Positions 38,301-52,600 of a DNA stretch of 64,000 nucleotides are shown piece after piece. The DNA comes from Dendrobates tinctorius (taxonomy: Eukaryota). Below the pieces are notes generated by a model. That model ran no database searches and was not told where the DNA came from. It worked only from the letters and a program-made list of their open reading frames with translations. Numbering within the stretch: the first letter of the stretch is position 1; each line of letters starts with the position of its first letter. The position numbers and the translations under genes are program-made. The DNA is taken from assembly GCF_039654945.1 (NCBI RefSeq), contig NW_027361840.1:10664001-10728000 (forward strand). Direction: 5' to 3'.

Positions 38301-40615
38301 AATATGTTTGGAAGTTGGAGTGGGTTTTTTTTTTAGATTTGGCTATCTTAGGAGGATATCTGTTTTTTCAGGTAACTTTTACTGTGCAGAATTATTAGGG
38401 AACTTAATAAAAACCAAATATATACCCATCTCACTCATTTATTTTCACCAGGTAAACCAATATGACAACACAAAATTTAGAAATAAACATTTCTGACATT
38501 CAAAAACAAAACTCAGTTACCAATATAGCTTTCACCTTTCTTTCTGATGACACTCCCCTTCCTTCCATCCATAGATTCTGTCAGTTGCTGGATCTGTTTA
38601 CGATCCACATTGCAATGTGCCGCAGCCACCACAGCCTCCCAGACACTGTCCTCAGAGGTGTACTGTTTTCCCTCCCTGTAGATGTCACGTTTTATGAGGG
38701 ACCACAGGTTCTCTATGGGGTTCAGATCAGGTGAACAAGGGGGCATGTCATTATTTTTTCTTCTTTTAGACCTTTACTGGGCAGCCACGCTATGGAGTAT
38801 TTGGATGCATGTGATGGAGCATTGTCCTGCAGGAAAATCATGTTTTTCTTGAACGATACCAACTTCTTCCTGTACCACTGCTTGAAGAAGGTGTCCTCCA
38901 GAAACTGGCAGTAGGTCTGGGAGTTGAGCTTCACTCCATCCTCAACCCGAAAAGGTCCAACAAGTTCATCTTTGATGATACCAGCCCATATCAGTACCCC
39001 ACCTCCACCTTGCTGGCGTCTGAGTCAGAGTGGAGTTCTCTGCCCTTTACTGATCCAGCCTCGGGCCCATCCATCTGGCCCATCAAGAGTCACACTCATT
39101 TCATCAGTCCATAAAACCTTAGAAAAATCAGTCTTAAGATATTTCTTGACGTTTTATCTTATGTTTCTTGTTCAAAGGTGGTCATTTTTCAGCCTTCCTT
39201 ACCTTGGCCATGTCCCTGAGTATGGCACACCTTGTGCTTTTTGATACTCCAGTAACGCTGCAGCTCTGATATGTGGCAAATGGCATCTTGGCAGCTTGAT
39301 GCTTGATTTTCCTCAATTCATGGGCAGTTCTTTTGCGCCTTTTTTTTATCAACACGCTTCTTGCGACCCTGTTGGATTTTTGCCATGAAACGCTTGATTG
39401 TTCGGTGATCACGCTTCAAAAGTTTGTCAATTTCAAGACTGCTGCATCCCTCTGCAAGACATCTCACAATTTTTGACTTTTCAGAGTCCGTCAAATCTTT
39501 CTTCAGACCCATTTTGCCAAAGGAAACGAAGTTGCCTAATAATTAAGCACACCTTATATAGGGTTTTGATATTAGACCACACCCCTCCTCATTACAGAGA
39601 TGCAAATCACTTGATTTACATAATTGGCAGTTGGCTTTCAAGCCTATGCAGCTTGGATTAGAACAACATGTATAAAAAGGATGATGTGATCAAAATACTC
39701 ATTTGCCTAATAATGCTGCACACAGTGTACTATAATACTGCTTCTCTGTACAAGAATATAACTACTATAATACTACCCCCATGTACAAGAATATAACTAC
39801 TCTAATACTGCCCCTATGTACAAGAATATAACTGCTATAATACTGCTCCTATGTACAAGAATATAACTACTATAATACTACCCCCATGTACAAGAATATA
39901 ACTACTATAATACTGCCTCCTATGTACAAGAATATAACTACTATAATACTGCCTCCTATGTACAAGAATATAACTACTATAATACTGCCTCCTATGTACA
40001 AGAATATAACTACTATAATACTGCCCCCTATGTACAAGAATATAACTACTATAATACTGCCCCCTCTGTGCAAGAATATAACTACTATAATACTGCCCCC
40101 TCTGTACAAGAATATAACTACTATAATACTGCCCCCTCTGTACAAGAATATAACTACTATAATACTGCCCCCTCTGTACAAGAACATAACTACTGTAATA
40201 CTGCCTCCTATGTACAAGAATATAACTACTATAAGGCTGAGTTCACACGTCGGGGTTTTTTCGCGGCAGTTTTAAACGCGCGATTTTGCCGTGAAAACGT
40301 GAAAAATAAGCATCCCATGCATTCCTATGGGATTCTGCAATGCTGTGCTAATGCTGCAGTTTTTACCGCGGCGGAATCGCTTCGCGGTAAAAAACGCAGC
40401 ATGCTCATTAATTTAGCGGAATCGCGGCGATTCCGCACCCATAGGAATGCATTGTTCTGCTTACTTTCCGCATGTGGTCATTCGCGCAACGTCAGCGCGA
40501 ATGACCGAGACGTCGCGATCCCACAAGAACGGACGTCATCGCGGTCATTCTCGCAAAGGATTACTGGGACCCCGGGAGCGTGGAGAGAGGCGGGAAGGCT
40601 GCGTGGGACGCCGGA

Positions 40616-40646
<31 letters not shown>

Positions 40647-43600
40647 CCATCCTATCTTTTACTTTTGATGCCGCATAGGCAGCCTCAGTAGTAAAAAGTT
40701 GTTCACAGTCGTCAAACACTGTTACACTATGCTACAGATCGCTTGGAAAACGCTAGCAATCCTGCAAGCTGATTATGCTTGCAAAACGCTAGTTTTTCCA
40801 CGGGAAAATCGCGGGAATTTAAAATCCTAATTTTTTCTTTTTTCTTTTTTTTTTGATTTTTATTTTTTTTCCCCCCGGAATGGAATTCCGGAATTCTCGT
40901 GGTAATTTCCGCGAGAGTTCCGCTACGTGTGAATGAAGCCTAATACTGCCTCCTATGTACAAGAATATAACTACTATAAGGCTGGGTTCACACGTAGCGG
41001 AAATTACCGTGAGAATTCCGGAATTCCATTCCGTGGGAAAATCGCATTTTGAATTCCCGCGATTTTCCCGCAGAAAAACTAGCATTTTGCAAGTGTTTGA
41101 CGAGTGTGACCAACTTTTTACTATTGAGGCTGCCTATGCGGCATCAATAGTAAAAGATGGAATGTAAAAAATAATAAAAAAAAAAAATTATTGTTCTCAC
41201 CTTCCGACGTCCCGCGCAGCCTTCCCGCCTCTCTCTACGCTCCTGGTCCCAGTAATCCTTTGCGACAATTACCGCGATGACGTCCGTTCTCGCAGGATCG
41301 CGACATCTCGCGGGCATTCGCGATGACGTCGCGTGAATGACCGAGACTTTGCGATCCCGCGAGAACGGACGTCATCGCTCGCAAAGGATTACTGGGACCG
41401 GGAGCGTGGAGAGAGGCGGGAAGGCTGCGCGGGACGTCAGAAGGTGAGAATAACAATATTTTTTATTTTAAATTCTATTTTTTTACAGGGATATGGTACC
41501 CAAAGCCCGGAGGACAGTCTCCTCTCCTCCGGACCGTGGGTACCATCCGTAAATGTTCTTACTTTTCGCATGGTGGGCACAGCCACATGTGGAAAGTAAG
41601 CAGAAAAATGCATTCCTATGGGTGCGGGATCGCCGCGGTTCCGCGAAATTAATGAGCATGCTGCGTTTTTTACCGCAAAGCGATTCCGCCGCGGTAAAAA
41701 CCGCACCATTAGCACAGCATTGCGGAATCCCATAGGAATGCATTGGATGCTTATTTTTCTCGGTTTCGCAGAAAATACCGCCGCAGAAACGCGAAACAAA
41801 CGGTACGTGTGAACGAGGCCTTATACTGCCCCTCTGTACAAGAATATAACTACTATAATACTGCCCCTATGTACAAGAATATAACTACTATAATACTGCT
41901 CCCTATATACAAGAATATAACTACTATAATACTGCCTCTATATACAAGAATATAACTACTATAAGGCCGGGGTCACACTGGCGAGGAATACGGCCGAGTG
42001 AGAGGCGCTAAAAGCCCGCATTACACACGGACAAATGATTCTCTATGGGGTCCCTCGCACCAGCCGTATATTTCTCATCCGTATTCTACGGTCCGTGCCA
42101 ATCGCAGCATGCTGCGATTGTCAGCGTACTACGCCCGTAATACGTCAATGCAAGTCTATGGGTGCGCAAAAAATACGGATTGCACACAGACCACACGTTT
42201 GACTTGCGAGAAATACGCACCAGGTGTCTTTTAGCAAAGCCGGCAATTCAGTGAGCTATACAGTAAACTCACACTGACAGTTTTAATAAAGAAACGAAAG
42301 AATAGATATAGACACATAGAATACATATTCTATGTGTCTATATCTATTCTTTGGTTTCTGTTAGAAACCCTGTCATAGGGCTCCATTATATGTCCATTTT
42401 GCAAGCCTGCGAGAAAATCTCGCCATACGGGTTACATACGGATGCTGACATGCGCAAAATACGCGACCACACCTTGCTTACGGATGACCTACGGAGCACT
42501 ATTTAGGGGTCATTCATCCGTATTACGCCTGTAATCTACAGACCGTATTTTGCGCAGGTTAGTGTGACCCCAGCCTAATTCTGCCTCTCTGTACAAGAAT
42601 ATAACTACTAAAATACTGCCCCTATGTACAAGAATATAACTACTATAATACTGCCCCTATGTACAAGAATATAACTACTATAATACTGCCCCTATATACA
42701 AGGATATAACTACTATAATACTGCTCCTATGTACAAGAATATAACTACTATAATACTGCCCCTATATACAAGGATATAACTACTATAATACTGCCCCTCT
42801 GTATACAAGAATATAACTACTATAATCCTGCCCCCTATGTACAAGAATATAACTACTATAATACTGCCCCTATGTACAAGAATATAACTACTATAATACT
42901 GCTCCTATGTACAAGAATATAACTACTATAATACTGCCCCTATATACAAGGATATAACTACTATAATACTGCTCCTATATACAAGAATATAACTACTATA
43001 ATACTGCTCCTGTGTAAAAGAATGCAACTACTATAATACTGCCCCTTATATACAAGAATATAACTACTATAATACTGCCCCTGTGTACAAGAATATAACT
43101 ACTATAATCCTGCCCCCTATGTACAAGAATATAACTACTATAATACTGCCCCTATGTACAAGAATATAACTACTATAATACTGCTCCTATGTACAAGAAT
43201 ATAACTACTATAATACTGCCCCCTATGTACAGAAGAATGTAACTTTATTCCCTGTCCTATAGATAGGATCTAACTTGCTAATCGTTGAGTGTCCCAGCAG
43301 TCACACCCCCAACGATCCTGAGAGTGGGGTACTGGAGTCTCTAGTACTGGTTTTGTATCCCTGTCCCGAATAGAGTGGAGATACACATGGGTACCTTTTT
43401 GTTTTATTCCTTATCTATGGGACTGAGAAAAATAGCGGAGCACAGTTGCATAGACAATGAGTGAAGGCTGTGCTGAGCCCCAATCTTAGGATTGCTGAGG
43501 GTTCCTGTGTTCAGACCTCAAGCAATCAGCAATTTTTTTTTTCCTCCTACCTTATGGATAGTAGATAGCTTAATATTTTTTTTTTAACCCCTTCATGACA

Positions 43601-46600
43601 TGCGCCATATATACTGTATTTTTCGGACTATAAGACGCACTTTTTTCCTCCCATAATGTGGAGGAAAATGTGGGGTGCATCTTATAGTCCGGATGTACCA
43701 GCTGTGCTGGGGAGGTAGGGGAGCAGTTTCGGCGGAGCAGTGGGTCACAGAGGCAGGAGCCTGCGGCTAACTCCTGTGCCCGCTGCTAAAGAGAAATGAA
43801 TATTCATTGCATTCCACGCCCATGGGTGTGGAGGGCAATGAATATTCATTTCTTTTTGGCATCCTGGTATGATTGGCCCCATCCCGTTCTTGGTATGCAT
43901 GGCCCCATCACAAAAGATAAAAAAAAATTACACTTACCTTCCTGCGCTCCCTTGCAGCTTCCTGCTTCGGTGCCAGCAGCTGCTTTATGCTTGTGAGCAG
44001 CGCATGGCAGGGACGTCATGCGCTGCTCACAAGCAGATCACAGTTGCCAGTATACTTACCGGGACTGTTCATCGCAGAGAGATTAAGATAAATGAATATT
44101 TACGTGGCCGCCGGCAGCAGCAGCAAGGCTCCGGCTGAGACTGTGTGCGCTACTGAAGAAGAATGAATACTCACTGCTCCCTGCAATGAACAGTCCCGGC
44201 TAGTATTCCGGTAGCTGTGCCTGCTTGTGAGCAGCGTACGACGTCTTGAATGTGGTTTTGAGCACCTTGAGGGGTGCAGTTTTTAGAATGGTGTCTGTCA
44301 CCCCACATGTGATGTGGTCCCTTACAAAAATAAAAAAAATTTTGTTGGAAAAATGACAAATTGCTGCTCAATTTTAAACCTTTCTAATTTACTACTTTAA
44401 CAAAAAGTTTCAAAAATTTCTGATGTAAAGTAGACATGAGACGTGAGAAATGTTATTTATGAATTATGTTGTGTGACATAATCTCATTTAAGGGCATAAA
44501 AATGCCCGCTGCAATAGAAAAACCGGTGAGTGTTGCTTTAGGATGGTAGTCCTGCCTTACATTTCAGCAATGTATCTGATCCATCCTTTATCTCCTTCTT
44601 TCCAGATTCTCAGCCGGTGATTAAGGTGGAGCGGGAGTCTCCAGAAGCCTCCACTCCTATGGCTCCAAGTGAGATTTCCTCATCGCAGGAGCGCAGCGGA
44701 GCTCAGTGCCCACGTTGCGGGATGTTCTGCAATAACCAGTGCAGAATGGGATTTCAGTGGAATGCAACAGGGATGTATCCCACATCTCCTATGGAAGGAA
44801 ATCATGCGAAGCCATATATGACCCCTCCACCTGCTTACTTTAATGGGAGCCCAATATCACCTGGATTTGCCAGTAGGGGCGAAGGAATGTCACATCCCAC
44901 CTCTCCGATGGCTGCTTATGGAAATGCAGGAATGGTTCCTTTGTCTCCACACTATCCTGGTCCCAGCTACAGAAATGCCACCGACCCCAGCCCCCCCTAT
45001 CCAGTGCCAGAGCGGCATGGAAATCAAGTCTTTGCTTATGAGCAAATGCCCATGGGGCCACCCAGTAGTCATGTCGGTAAGTGTCCAGTTAGAAGGAAAG
45101 CTTGAGTCTGTGTCGGTTTGTTGCAGGAACTGGGCTACATTAGTTGTTGACTAATGGCTCTGTCACACACAGCGAGATCGCTGATTTTATGACGCCAAAG
45201 TGATCTCGCCTGCGAGATCGCTGTGTGTGACATGTATCAGCGCCGGCTCCCCCGCCGGGTATCGCTGATCGCACTCCAACGTCCTGGGCCATTTTTTGAT
45301 CATTGGTCTCCCGTTGGCCAGCGCGCATCGCTGCGAGAGACCAACGATCAGCGACACTGGATGGATACCCGCTGTTTACCTTGGATACCAGCTTGCTCAC
45401 TGGTCCTGATCGCTGGTGGGTCTGTCTAACGATGTCCCAGCGATCCCATCCACGTCAGATCGTTGGTGGGATCGCTGGGACATTGAAGCGTGTAACGGGG
45501 CCTTAACATTCCTATTGTCCTGAATAATAGGCTGTGTTATGGAGCGGAACAAGGCATAAGATTGGTGGTAAATCTGACTTTTATCCGTACCTGTATGAAC
45601 TCTTCATGTATGGCCAAAAACAGAAGAAGATATCTCTGCTGAGCGGCAGTACAGACACTGTTTATTCTGGGTCACCCTTGCCATGATTGTTTGTTCCTCT
45701 ACACAATTTTTGATATATTGGTCCAAAATTCTGTGCTGATTCGTTTCTTAAAGGGGTTGTTGGCATTTTTTTTAAATTGTTTTTCAACAAGGCTCGGCAC
45801 CCTACTAAAAATGATTTTAAAAAAAGTCCCTCATTCACCATGGTGCTTCTGGAGTTCCCCACTGTACATCCTATTTTGGTTGTTCAGACATGTGACCAAT
45901 TCAGTCAATCACTGGCTGTGATTTTTCACATGTCTGTCCTTTCCTGAAGAGGAATCCCTGAAACGTGCATTGAACAATGGCATCTCTACAGAGGAATGTC
46001 AGGGGCTCGCTAAGGGCAGTTTCACACGTCAGTATCTCCGGTACGTGTAGTGACAGTTTTCTCACGTATCGGAGACACTGACACACGTAGACACATTCGA
46101 ATGGATGTGTCTATGCAGATGTCAGTGTGTTTTCACGGACCGTGTCCGTGTGCAAAACACGCTGACATGTCCGTTTTTGTGCACCAGCACGGATCACACG
46201 GACCCATACAGGTCAATGGGTCCGTGTAAACACGTACCGCACACGGGTGCTGTCCGTGTGCGATCCGTGTGCGTTTTTCAAAGTCAAAGGGTTAACATTG
46301 AAAATAATTTTTCAAAAACACGGATGGTACTCACGGACATACGGATGTCACACGGATGGCATACGGATGCACACGGACACGGATAGCTCCGGTACCGGTT
46401 TTTCTGGTACCAGAATTATCTGGACATGTGAAACTGCCCTAAGATAGGATACAATTTTATTTTTATATCCTGGTGTTACCTTGTTAAAAAGGGCTGGGCC
46501 GGTGTGGGTAATGGGGCTTTAGTGGTGCATTGTCCACTTCTTCATTGCTTGATGCAGCTGGACCGGAATTTCAGCTCTTCCAAAATGTATAACTTCTGGC

Positions 46601-49600
46601 GGATGACACAGGTGCGAGGTACACTGGTCTGTTCTGGGGGTGTGCAATGCTTTGTCTGATGCTGCTTGAGTTCCTGAAATGTATATAAGAAGGACCGGAC
46701 CGTGGGTACCTGTTCTGTCTCATCGGAAACTGTCGGGGCTGTCACCTGTCTGGGGGAAATGTCTAAGGGACCGGACCGATCTTGGTATCTGGGAGCAGAG
46801 GGTGTGGCTAAGGGTTTGCAGCCTGAGTGCGAAGTGGTCAGACTTGGCGGGAAGAGAGCGCGCAGCGACGAGAAGTGTATGCTCTGTCCCTCGAGCATCG
46901 TTGCAGTGCTGGCCCAAGCTTCCCCGCTGCCGACAGCCGAGGCTGTGAGGAGAGACGTACGGCATGTCTGTTGGCCACCATGAACCAAGGTGCCAAGTGC
47001 TCTGGGTCCGAAAGTACCGCGTGCCACCACAGAGATCGGGTGCAGGACCGTTTTCTGCACACCGACCACCCAGTGTATATATGCTGGGCCACGTTGGGCT
47101 CAGACAGAGCTGAAGCTTGCTCCCTCTAGCTCGCATCAGACAAGCACCGCGCCAGCTGTCGTTGGCGCCATCGCGTGATCTGAAACTTCTACAGCCTGAG
47201 GGATGACTGACAGACTAAGTGGATTCAACAAGAACTACTATCACAATATCCTTTGTTGTTCTTCATTGACTTTGCAAATTTTTTCCCGCATTTAAATTGC
47301 CTTTTACCCCCCATTTAACCTGCTCACACTTGGCGTAGTCAGCAGGATGCAGTCTCCAGGTACAGAAGAGACAGACCAAGCGGCCGGGGGTGCCCCAAGA
47401 GCCAGTATACCGCTGGGGGGCAATGTTGAGCAACCTCCCAAAGTTTACAGGGAGCAATGCTGTGCTGTGCTGTGAGACTGGACTGAGCGAGTCAGGGGTA
47501 TGTTAAGGATGCACCCCATGACTCCTGTGATGGAGGCAGAGATTGCCATGATGGTCCTGGATGGAGAGGCGAGGAGCTCCGTCATGTCCCGTCCTCCCTA
47601 AGAGCGCGATACCTTCGACCTTGTGTTACAAATATTGGAGGACATGCATGGAGATCCCACGGATGTCAGAGAATTGCGCATGCGCCTGTTTTGCCATGCC
47701 TAAGGGGAGTCCAGGACCCAATACATGAACGCGTTGCAGGAGATCCACGCTGCAATTGCTAAGTGAGATGGCATAAGCGTAGGACCCTCTGACATAGTCC
47801 TGAGAAATCAGCTAGTGGCAGGCTTTAGATATGCATTGCTTAAACAGGTTTTGCGAGAGCGTTTGCGGGTCTATCCGTGCATGATCTTTTTGGAAATTGG
47901 GGCCAAAGCATGCAAGCAAGAGCAGAGCGTGACAGTTCCAGTGGGAAGGTCTGGAACGTGGAGGTATCCGCATTGTTGGCAGTTGAACCAAGTTGGGTGA
48001 GAGAGCTTCGGAAGGAAATCCAGGACATGAGAGGAATGGTCTGATTTGAAGAACAAACCTTCAGTACCCCCCAAACCCCTCTGCAGGCCAAACTGGTCCC
48101 AAGCTTCACCATGAAATGATAGTGCCTCCCGCAGAAGGGCTGCTGGTCTGTGTTTTAACTGCAGGAGCACTGCACATTACGCACGAGGATGCGCGCGTTG
48201 GAGCAGCTAAGAAGAAAGAGAGAGAAGTCCAAATAAGTTTGGTTTCCCTGAGTCCTCTCATGTGAGCTGAAATGGATGGTCGGGCCGTCCGCTGTTTAAT
48301 TGATACCGGCTCTCAAGTAACCACTATGCCCAAGACTTTTATTTCAGGCGTCATTTCCCCAAGACAATGCGGCCTGAATGGGGCCCAGTGATAAAATTGA
48401 CGGCGACCAATCAGTTGCCCATCCCGGTCGCAGGGGTGGTCTGGATGCAGATTACTGTGTGGGGCAAAAATGTGGGCTGGAAGGGAGTCGTGTTGACCAC
48501 TGGGGACCTTGACAATGACCTCACTGTGACTTTAGGAATGAATATGTTGAAAGAACTTGGCAACATTTTGGTCACTTGGGTCATCAGATGTATTTCTGAA
48601 TCGATGGAGCCCTCACCCCCCCCCCCCCCCCCCCCAGAGAAAAGTGTTCCAACAGTTGATACGGGCAGCCCTAGAGACATCGAGTGAAGGGAGAACACTG
48701 GGTAAGGTGGTTATTCCGGCCGCTGCCAACCTCATCTTACAACCGGGTCAGACTGTGCTCACTCTACCTATCCGAGCCTGTACCCCTCTCGAAGGAGTCG
48801 AAGTCCAGATAGAACCGGCGTTCATAGAGCAACTACCTACAGGGCTCCTCGTTGTGCCAACGTTAGCCGTTGGCCACGACGGTAGTGTACCAGTGCGCTG
48901 TGTTAACCTCAGGGAAGATTATCTCATGCTTTCACCCATGAATGAAGCAGCACACATCGTGGGAATTCCAGAAGTGCGGATGCCGCTGGGGGCCGTTCAG
49001 TTGGCGGTGAAAAAAGGGATCCCTGGACGGTGGCCGTGACTGTGTTTTCTGAACCAGCCTCTAGCTACCTAAGGGAAGGACGTTGAATCCTGGAGCAGAT
49101 ACGGCCCGAATCAACGGAACTATCACCCCAACAGGTACAACAAGTGGAAGCGGTATTGGAGCAGTATTGGGATGTTTTTGCCCGCGATAATGATGATGAT
49201 TTTGGGTGTACCACAGCTATCGCCCACAAGATTCCAACAGGAAGCACCGCGCCCGTCAGAGAACGATATCGACAAATTCCACCCCAAATGTACCAGGAGG
49301 TGAAGGAGATGTCACATATGCTGCAGAGTGGGGTCATCCGAGAGAGCCAGAGTCTGTTGGCTTTGCCGATTGTCCTAGAAAGGAAAGGACGGGACCCTGC
49401 GTTTGTGTGGATTATCGGAAACTGAACGCCTGCACCGTGCAATACTCATATCCCCTATTGAGGAATTGCTGTCTGCCCTGGGTAAAGCAAAGAACTTCTC
49501 GTTGGACCTGGCCAGTGAACATTGGCAAGTGCCCATGTCCGAACATGACCGGGTGAAGACAGCATTCATACTGCCCGTGGGATTGTTCAAATTCAATCGG

Positions 49601-52600
49601 ATGTCCTTCGGCCTCACCAAGGCACCCATGACCTTTCAAGGATTGATGGAGAGATGCTTGGGAGACCTGAATTTTGAGGCTTCCCTCATCTATTTGGATG
49701 ACGTTATCGTCTACGCAGCCACGTTTTGAAGAACACCTGCAATGGCTGGAAATAGTGTTTAGTCGGCTACAGAAGCACGGTCTGAAGGTGAAACCTCGGA
49801 TGTTTCCCCTCTTCCGCCAGCAGATTGAATATCTGGGACATGTTGCATCTGCAGAGACAGTCGCTTGAGAAGATTGCAGCAGTACAGGACTGGCCCACCC
49901 CGAAGACTGTGCAGGATGTCCATGCTTTCTTTTCTGGGACTCACGGGGTACTATCGGCGGTTTGTGAAAATTTTCCCCCGTAACGTAAACTTGCCGCTGG
50001 AGTTGCTAAAAGGTAGGCCGGCCGGTGCAAGGAATCGGACCATCCAGTGGGAAAATGGCCAAGAAGCCGCTTTCCGAGCCCTAAAAATGGCTGATGCACG
50101 TGTACTGTCCTATGCAGACTTCTCGCAACCGTTCATTCTTCACACCGATGGAAGCTTACAGGGATTAGGCACTGTCCTGTCACAAATGCAGGATGGGAAA
50201 GAGCGAGTGATTGCCTTTGCAAGTCGATCTCTCCACGACTCCGAACAAAACCCAGCTAACTACAGTTCTTTCAAGCTGGAACTGCTGGCATTGGTGTGGG
50301 CGATGACCGAGAAATTCGCGGAGTACCTGTTGGGGTCTGAAGTCTTGGTACGCACCGATAACAATCCTCTGGCTCACTTAGAAAATGCGAAGCTAGGGGC
50401 CCTGGAGCAGAGATGGGTGGCCCATATGGCCAAGTACTGATACAAGATCGCCTATCGAAGAGGAGCTGAGAATAGATATGCTGATGTTTCCTGAGTGACT
50501 CACGAGCTACCCGGACCCAATCGAAATGAAGTGCTGGAGGCTGAAGAGATCCCTGAGTTTCGTATTACCACAAGGACGTTGGCGGCAACGCAGGGGCAGA
50601 TTGGGGAGGCGTCCGGGGAAGTACATACTGAGATGCTTCTGTGACGACTGGGTGCGGCTTCAGCAGGAAGATGGAGAATGTGCTCAGATGAGGCAATGGG
50701 TGGCTCTGAAACAACTTCCCAGCAAAAGGGAGTGAGACGCCTTGTCCCTGGGTACGCTGCAGATCCTTCGGCAGTGGAGGAGACTTCAACTGAAAGATGG
50801 CCTACTACATCGGAAAGTCCAGTTGGCACGAGAGTTGGGAGACACCTGACAAGTGGTGCTCCCAGAAAGGCTGTTCGACGAGGTGTCCACAGAAGCTCGA
50901 GAGAGGGGCCCACTTTGGCCAAGAGAAGACGCTCCAGTGGTTGCAGAAGTTGGTCTACCATCCTCTGCTGAAAGCTGCAGTGGATGAAGCCTGTCAACGA
51001 TGCAGGAACTGAGTTAGCTAAACCTCCAGAACAGAGGGCCCCTACATTGTGACTTCTGCTCCCCTCGAAGTGTTTGATCGACTGTAGGTCCAGCTCACCT
51101 TGGATACGAACACTGTCTGGTAATAACCGACCACTTTACTAAATTTGCTGTGGTGACTCGAACCTGGGATCAGACTGCTGAGTCAGCGGCACAGGCCATT
51201 TGCAGAGACTTTATCCAGGTCTACGGCTGCCCGAAGAAGATTCGTTCGGACCAGGGCCGGTGATGGAGGAATTGCACCACATGTATCGAATTGAGAAATC
51301 CAGGATGACACCCTACCATCCACAGAGAAATGGGGCCTGCGAGTGTTTTACCGGACGCTGATTCAGATGTTGAGAACGCTGGAGGAGGACCGGAAACTTC
51401 GCTGGCCTGAGTTCGTGGCTGAATTAGTCTGGATGTACAACAACCGGGTGCATTTCACAACTGGATACACGCCATGCACTCTGCTGTTCGGCGGAAAAGG
51501 GTGAGAAATCACCGAGATGGAACTGGATCCAGAGGAGGACTACCCGCAGGCGGGGGTGTCCACCTGGGTCCGTGAACATCGACACTGTCTGCAGACTCTA
51601 CATTGACTTGTACAGACCAAGTTTCGAGATCCAGAACATCACAATACGATTTGATTTCCCTATGATGGACAGCTCTCAAGGCTGGGGACCAGGTGCTGGT
51701 CCGAGACTAACGTCCTCTAGGCAAGTTGGAAAGCCGGTGGGAAAAGACCCCGTACTGGGTAAAACACCAGGATTGGATCCGAAGGTCATGTCTGCGAAGT
51801 TCAACCTGAAGGGGGGAAAAAGGCTCCCCCCACTAGGGTAGTCCATCAAAACATGCTATGCCCTTTCTTGTCACAAGACCCCCGACCAGCCAGAGGGAGC
51901 ACCAAGCGTTCCTGAAACACCCCCTCCTACAGCTTTCGACTTCAGGAGAGGAACAAGAGCCTGAAACTCCCAAAATAGCTGCTCCATTCAACCTGGGTGA
52001 GTCCCCCGCCCTCGCCTGCGCAACCTAACTCGACTACTCAACCTGACTTGCGCCGCACGGAGCGGTCAACAGCTGGAATACCCCCCAATCGATACAAACA
52101 GGACCAATTCATTTGGTAGCAAATTATCTGAGAGATGGAAGAGTGTCAACGTCTTTTGCAAGAACTCTTTGTCTGTGGAATGGCGAGCAAAAGGAGAGGG
52201 GGAGTGTAAGAAAAAGGATCGGACCGTGGATACCTGTTCTGTGCCGGATCCTGAACAGTCGGGCTTTCGCCTCTTTTCCAGGGAATGTTTAAGGGACCGG
52301 ACTGATCTTGGTATCAGGGAGCAGGGGGTTTGCAGCCTGAGCGCGCACGGAAATGGTCAGACTTTGAGGGAAGAAACAGCATGCAGCGAGGAGAAGCGTG
52401 TGCACTGTCCCTCGAGCATCGTTGCAGCACAGGCCCGCGCCGAGCTTCCCCGCTGCCGACAGCTGAGGCCTTGAATAGAGATGTACAGCGTGTCTGTTGG
52501 TCACCACGAATCAAGGTGCCAAGCACTTCAGCTCTGCAAGTACCGCGCGCGTGCCCCCAAAGAGAGACCGGGTGCAGGACTGTTTTCTGCACCCTGATGC

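Larger units (their letters stand above)
36973..39727 (-). mobile_element. Tc1/mariner element, DD37E (TRT-like), decayed, hosting a nested element
   Basis: TA|CACTGCGTGCAGAATTATTAGGCAA ... TTGCCTAATAATGCTGCACACAGTG|TA; ORF pieces [16 protein letters not shown] and QDNAPSH...SPDLNPIE (37 residues after restoring a 1-bp deletion). Confidence 0.88.
36265..43230. repeat. ~35-36 bp minisatellite in opposite orientation to 1-8895, split by several transposon insertions
   Basis: CCTATGTACAAGAATATAACTACTATAATACTGC units at 36265-36972, 39728-40234, 40941-40979, 41821-41964 and 42576-43230. Confidence 0.95.

Noticed and set aside
39870-40275. [12 protein letters not shown] repeat ORF
   Set aside because: Translation of 36-bp minisatellite units
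44707-44742. Ferredoxin-type 4Fe-4S motif
   Set aside because: Spacing is C-x2-C-x3-C-x3-C, not C-x2-C-x2-C-x3-C, so it cannot be assigned
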